A DNA stretch of 64,000 nt from the NCBI GenBank assembly GCA_963823805.1, contig CAWGMW010000002.1, positions 255,845 through 319,844 of the forward strand. The letters run 5' to 3'. Source of the DNA: an uncultured Acidobacteriaceae bacterium (GTDB lineage: Bacteria; Acidobacteriota; Terriglobia; Terriglobales; Acidobacteriaceae). A program made the position numbers and the translations under genes. How positions within the stretch are numbered: the stretch's first letter is position 1; every line of letters begins with the position of its first letter. Shown piece after piece: positions 61,497 to 64,000 of the stretch. Under the pieces are notes generated by a model. The model was not told the origin of the DNA, ran no database searches, and was given only the letters and a program-made list of their open reading frames with translations.

Positions 61497-63368
61497 GTGC
61501 CGAATCTTGCTGCCACCGACTCGTTGATCCTGCTGATCTACGGCTTTTTCATTCTCACCGCCGGGTTCTCGCTCAAGCCGGCCATGACGAGTAGCCGGCA
61601 GTTCATGCAGGCTGGGCGCGCGATGCCGGGCTGGCTGTGCGGTTTGGCGATGTTGGGCGCAAGCCTGGGCTCGCAGGAAGTGCTCGGCATGGGCGCGGCG
61701 GGAGCCCGATACGGCCTGGCCAGCGTGGGATTCTTCGCGCTCGGCTCGATTCCGGCGATGCTCTTCGCTGGCCTTTACCTGATGCCAGTCTTCTACGGTT
61801 CAAATTCAGGGGCGGCGGCATCCTCGGGTAAACAGGATGAACTTGAGGCACGGTCGATTCCAGAGTATCTCGGGCTGCGCTTCGACCGGAAGACGCGGGC
61901 TCTGAACGCCTGCATGTTTGCCACGATGGCCGCATTCACTGCCGGAATCGCTCTCTACGCCATGGGGCGAGTCTTCGTAGCGCTGCACGTCCTGGATCAG
62001 GTTGCCGTCCCGCTGAGCCTGCCGCCCAGCGGTATTCTTCTGCTTGCAATGGCGCTGCCTGCGGCTCTGGTATTGGCCTATGTTCTGCTTGGCGGGCTTG
62101 GTGCAGCAATGTACAACCAAGCGCTGCAGTTTTGCCTCGTCGTTGCAGGAATGCTGCCGATGGTGCTTCTTGGACTAAAGAAAATCGGCGGCTGGAGCGG
62201 CTTGAAGGCCGCGGTACCGGCGGGTTTCTTGCGCGACCTGACACATTTGTCGTCCGGCGCTGGCTACGCGGGCGCTCTCTCCATCGGAACCGGCAAAGTC
62301 GTCATGTTCATTGGCGCAGGGCTCGTGCTGGGCGGCGGAGCATGGTGCACGGACTTTAGGCTCTTGCAGGTCGCGATGGCTGCAAAGAATGTGGAGGCAG
62401 CGCGACGGGCGCCCTTGATCGCCGCGGCCCTGCGCGTTTTCGTCGTCGTCCTGCTGATCCTGCCGGGGCTGATCGCAGTCGGCTTGCCCACTCCCCACAC
62501 TTCAATCGTGATCCACAACGACAACAGCGTGATTTATCACGAGATCACGGTCGTACCACCGGCAGCGGAAGCAGGCCAGGGTCTGGTTCCCGCAAAAACC
62601 GGCGCCGACGGAAAGCCCGTTGTGAGCCCGGATGGCCACGCTGTACTCGACTACGCGATGGCTACCCCGAACATGCTCCTCGACTCTCTTCCCGCGGGCC
62701 TGCTCGGGCTGGGGCTGGCTGCTCTGCTCGCCTGCCTGATGGGCGGCGTGGCCGCCGGAGTTACTTCGTTCAGCACGGTCTTTGCCTGCGATATTTTTCA
62801 GGCGTTCTTTGCCAAAAACGCTGCCGACAAGCGCCTGCTCGCTGTGGCTCGGTGGGCGGCGGTGGGCGCCATGCTGCTCGCTTTCGGCTCCGCGTGTGCT
62901 GCAATCCGTCTCAACAACTTGCTCGATGCAATGCTGCTGGTCTTCGCGGTCGTGAATGCCCCGCTCTTTGCGGTGCTGATGCTGGGAGCTTTCTGGAAAC
63001 GTGCCACCGGGCACGGCGCATTCGCGGGATTGATTACGGGAGCAGTTGCAGCTCTTCTGTATCACGGGCTTTCGCTGCCCCGTGGCGAGCAACCAGGCAT
63101 CCACGGCGGCTGGATTGCGGTGCTGCACCATCCCGCGAGTGAGCTGACGCTGGGGTTGGGAACAGCGATGCTAGCCTTCCTTGTAAGTCTGTTGGTGACG
63201 GTGGTGGTCAGCCTGTTCACGAAGGCGGCGCGAGAAGAGGAGCTCAAGGGGATCGTCTACACGCTGGTGCCGAAGCCGCATGCGAACGGATTACGGTGGA
63301 AGCGGGCCGAGGCGATGGCCGCAGCCATCCTGTTGACCGCGATTGTAGTGAGCCTGGTCTTCATCTGA
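61497..63368 (+). CDS. sodium:solute symporter (SSS) family transporter
   Basis: The first TM begins at DSLILLIYGFFILTAGF, and all in-frame ATGs upstream of it precede the terminator at 61352. The start is therefore assigned to GTG 61497, preceded by GGAAGGA. About 13 TM segments with SSS-type architecture. Confidence 0.78.
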   Translation: MPNLAATDSLILLIYGFFILTAGFSLKPAMTSSRQFMQAGRAMPGWLCGLAMLGASLGSQEVLGMGAAGARYGLASVGFFALGSIPAMLFAGLYLMPVFYGSNSGAAASSGKQDELEARSIPEYLGLRFDRKTRALNACMFATMAAFTAGIALYAMGRVFVALHVLDQVAVPLSLPPSGILLLAMALPAALVLAYVLLGGLGAAMYNQALQFCLVVAGMLPMVLLGLKKIGGWSGLKAAVPAGFLRDLTHLSSGAGYAGALSIGTGKVVMFIGAGLVLGGGAWCTDFRLLQVAMAAKNVEAARRAPLIAAALRVFVVVLLILPGLIAVGLPTPHTSIVIHNDNSVIYHEITVVPPAAEAGQGLVPAKTGADGKPVVSPDGHAVLDYAMATPNMLLDSLPAGLLGLGLAALLACLMGGVAAGVTSFSTVFACDIFQAFFAKNAADKRLLAVARWAAVGAMLLAFGSACAAIRLNNLLDAMLLVFAVVNAPLFAVLMLGAFWKRATGHGAFAGLITGAVAALLYHGLSLPRGEQPGIHGGWIAVLHHPASELTLGLGTAMLAFLVSLLVTVVVSLFTKAAREEELKGIVYTLVPKPHANGLRWKRAEAMAAAILLTAIVVSLVFI

Positions 63369-63384
63369 GCCGAAGGGGAGAACG

Positions 63385-63603
63385 ATGTTTTACGATCCAC
63401 GCATCTCGATGGGCATGCTGTTCACATTGATCGGAACCATCCTGACAGCCTTCGGCCTTGCCACACGCTCTAATCCAGACGCGTATGCGAAGAGCATGGG
63501 GATCGATGCCAATTTGTGGTGGGGACTTGTTCTGTTCGTCTTCGGGGTTGTGGTTCTCATGCTGGGCCGGCGCGGCCAGATCAAGCTGGAGAAGAAGAAG
63601 TAG
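63385..63603 (+). CDS. small two-TM membrane protein downstream of the symporter
   Basis: MFYDPRISMGMLFTLIGTILTAFGLA...LWWGLVLFVFGVVVLMLG, with GGGGAG RBS 16 nt after the symporter stop. Confidence 0.55.
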   Translation: MFYDPRISMGMLFTLIGTILTAFGLATRSNPDAYAKSMGIDANLWWGLVLFVFGVVVLMLGRRGQIKLEKKK

Positions 63604-63638
63604 CGATCAGCGCTCCGGCCGAGAATTACTTGCCGCCT

Positions 63639-64000
63639 TCAATTGCCTGTCGCGCTGAAGCGCATGGTGCGGTAGTCAAAGGTGTAGCTTTTGAGCTGAT
63701 CGAGGGCGTCGATGCCGAGTACGCCATAAACATCGTCACGGGCGGCTGAGCCAAACGGCTGCGTGAGGACCGGAATGTAGTGGAGGTCGATGGATTTATC
63801 GCCAACCACCAGTGGGACGTTCTCAGCCAAATAGGCCGATTCAGGCCCTGTATCCATGCCGGGGATCGAGAAGGGCTCCATCTTCTGGCCGTTGAACGCG
63901 GCGGCATGCTCGTCGAACCAGCGCGAGGTTAGGAACGTTTGTTGGCCACCGGCGTCGATGGCGAACATCCGATCCTCGTTTTCACCAGAGTCGCCGCGAC
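63639..64000 (-). CDS. retropepsin-like aspartic protease domain protein (C-terminal part; gene continues beyond the window)
   Basis: The frame is open to nt 64000. FAIDAGGQQTFL and DVYGVLGIDALDQL resemble clan AA bacterial aspartyl proteases. Weak recognition. Confidence 0.4.
   Translation of the reverse strand, partial: RGDSGENEDRMFAIDAGGQQTFLTSRWFDEHAAAFNGQKMEPFSIPGMDTGPESAYLAENVPLVVGDKSIDLHYIPVLTQPFGSAARDDVYGVLGIDALDQLKSYTFDYRTMRFSATGN

Noticed and set aside
1-64000. CRISPR arrays, retron / diversity-generating retroelement components, and known multi-gene defence systems
   Set aside because: There are no direct repeats of 24-40 nt with regular unique spacers, no reverse transcriptase, and no helicase/nuclease/methylase clusters. 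The only tandem arrays have 7-8-nt units.

Overview
64-kb chromosomal segment, about 60% GC, densely coding. Gene content fits a soil Acidobacteriota-like genome (CadC-like/TolB-propeller regulator, sigma-54 two-component systems, ECF sigma modules); that taxon call is inference only. I support about 57 protein genes, 3 tRNAs (Gln-CTG, Gly-GCC, Cys-GCA), one REP-RAYT-REP mobile module, one vapBC toxin-antitoxin pair, an arsR / arsM-arsC-acr3 arsenic locus, and prfB with its programmed +1 frameshift. Most of the window is ordinary housekeeping and transport, and I found no convincing new multi-gene system such as a defence island, CRISPR array, retron or DGR. Six observations deserve a second look. 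(1) Five intergenic mini-arrays have 7- or 8-nt units that place stop triplets in all three frames. (2) The dsbD-family ORF has no stop and runs in frame into the vapB antitoxin gene, with a perfect 16-bp palindrome just upstream of vapB. (3) A RAYT transposase flanked by inverted REP hairpins has truncated an mqsA-like antitoxin and supplies the stop codon of lnt. (4) There are three low-GC islets, one carrying an orphan MuF-like gene and one a tRNA-Ser 3' fragment. (5) A perfect C9G9 palindrome follows the arsenic-locus gene string. (6) A 14-bp-closed structured leader lies between a consensus promoter and tRNA-Gly. Many long ORFs in the track are GC-driven antisense artefacts, and several real genes start downstream of the longest ORF or at TTG/GTG.
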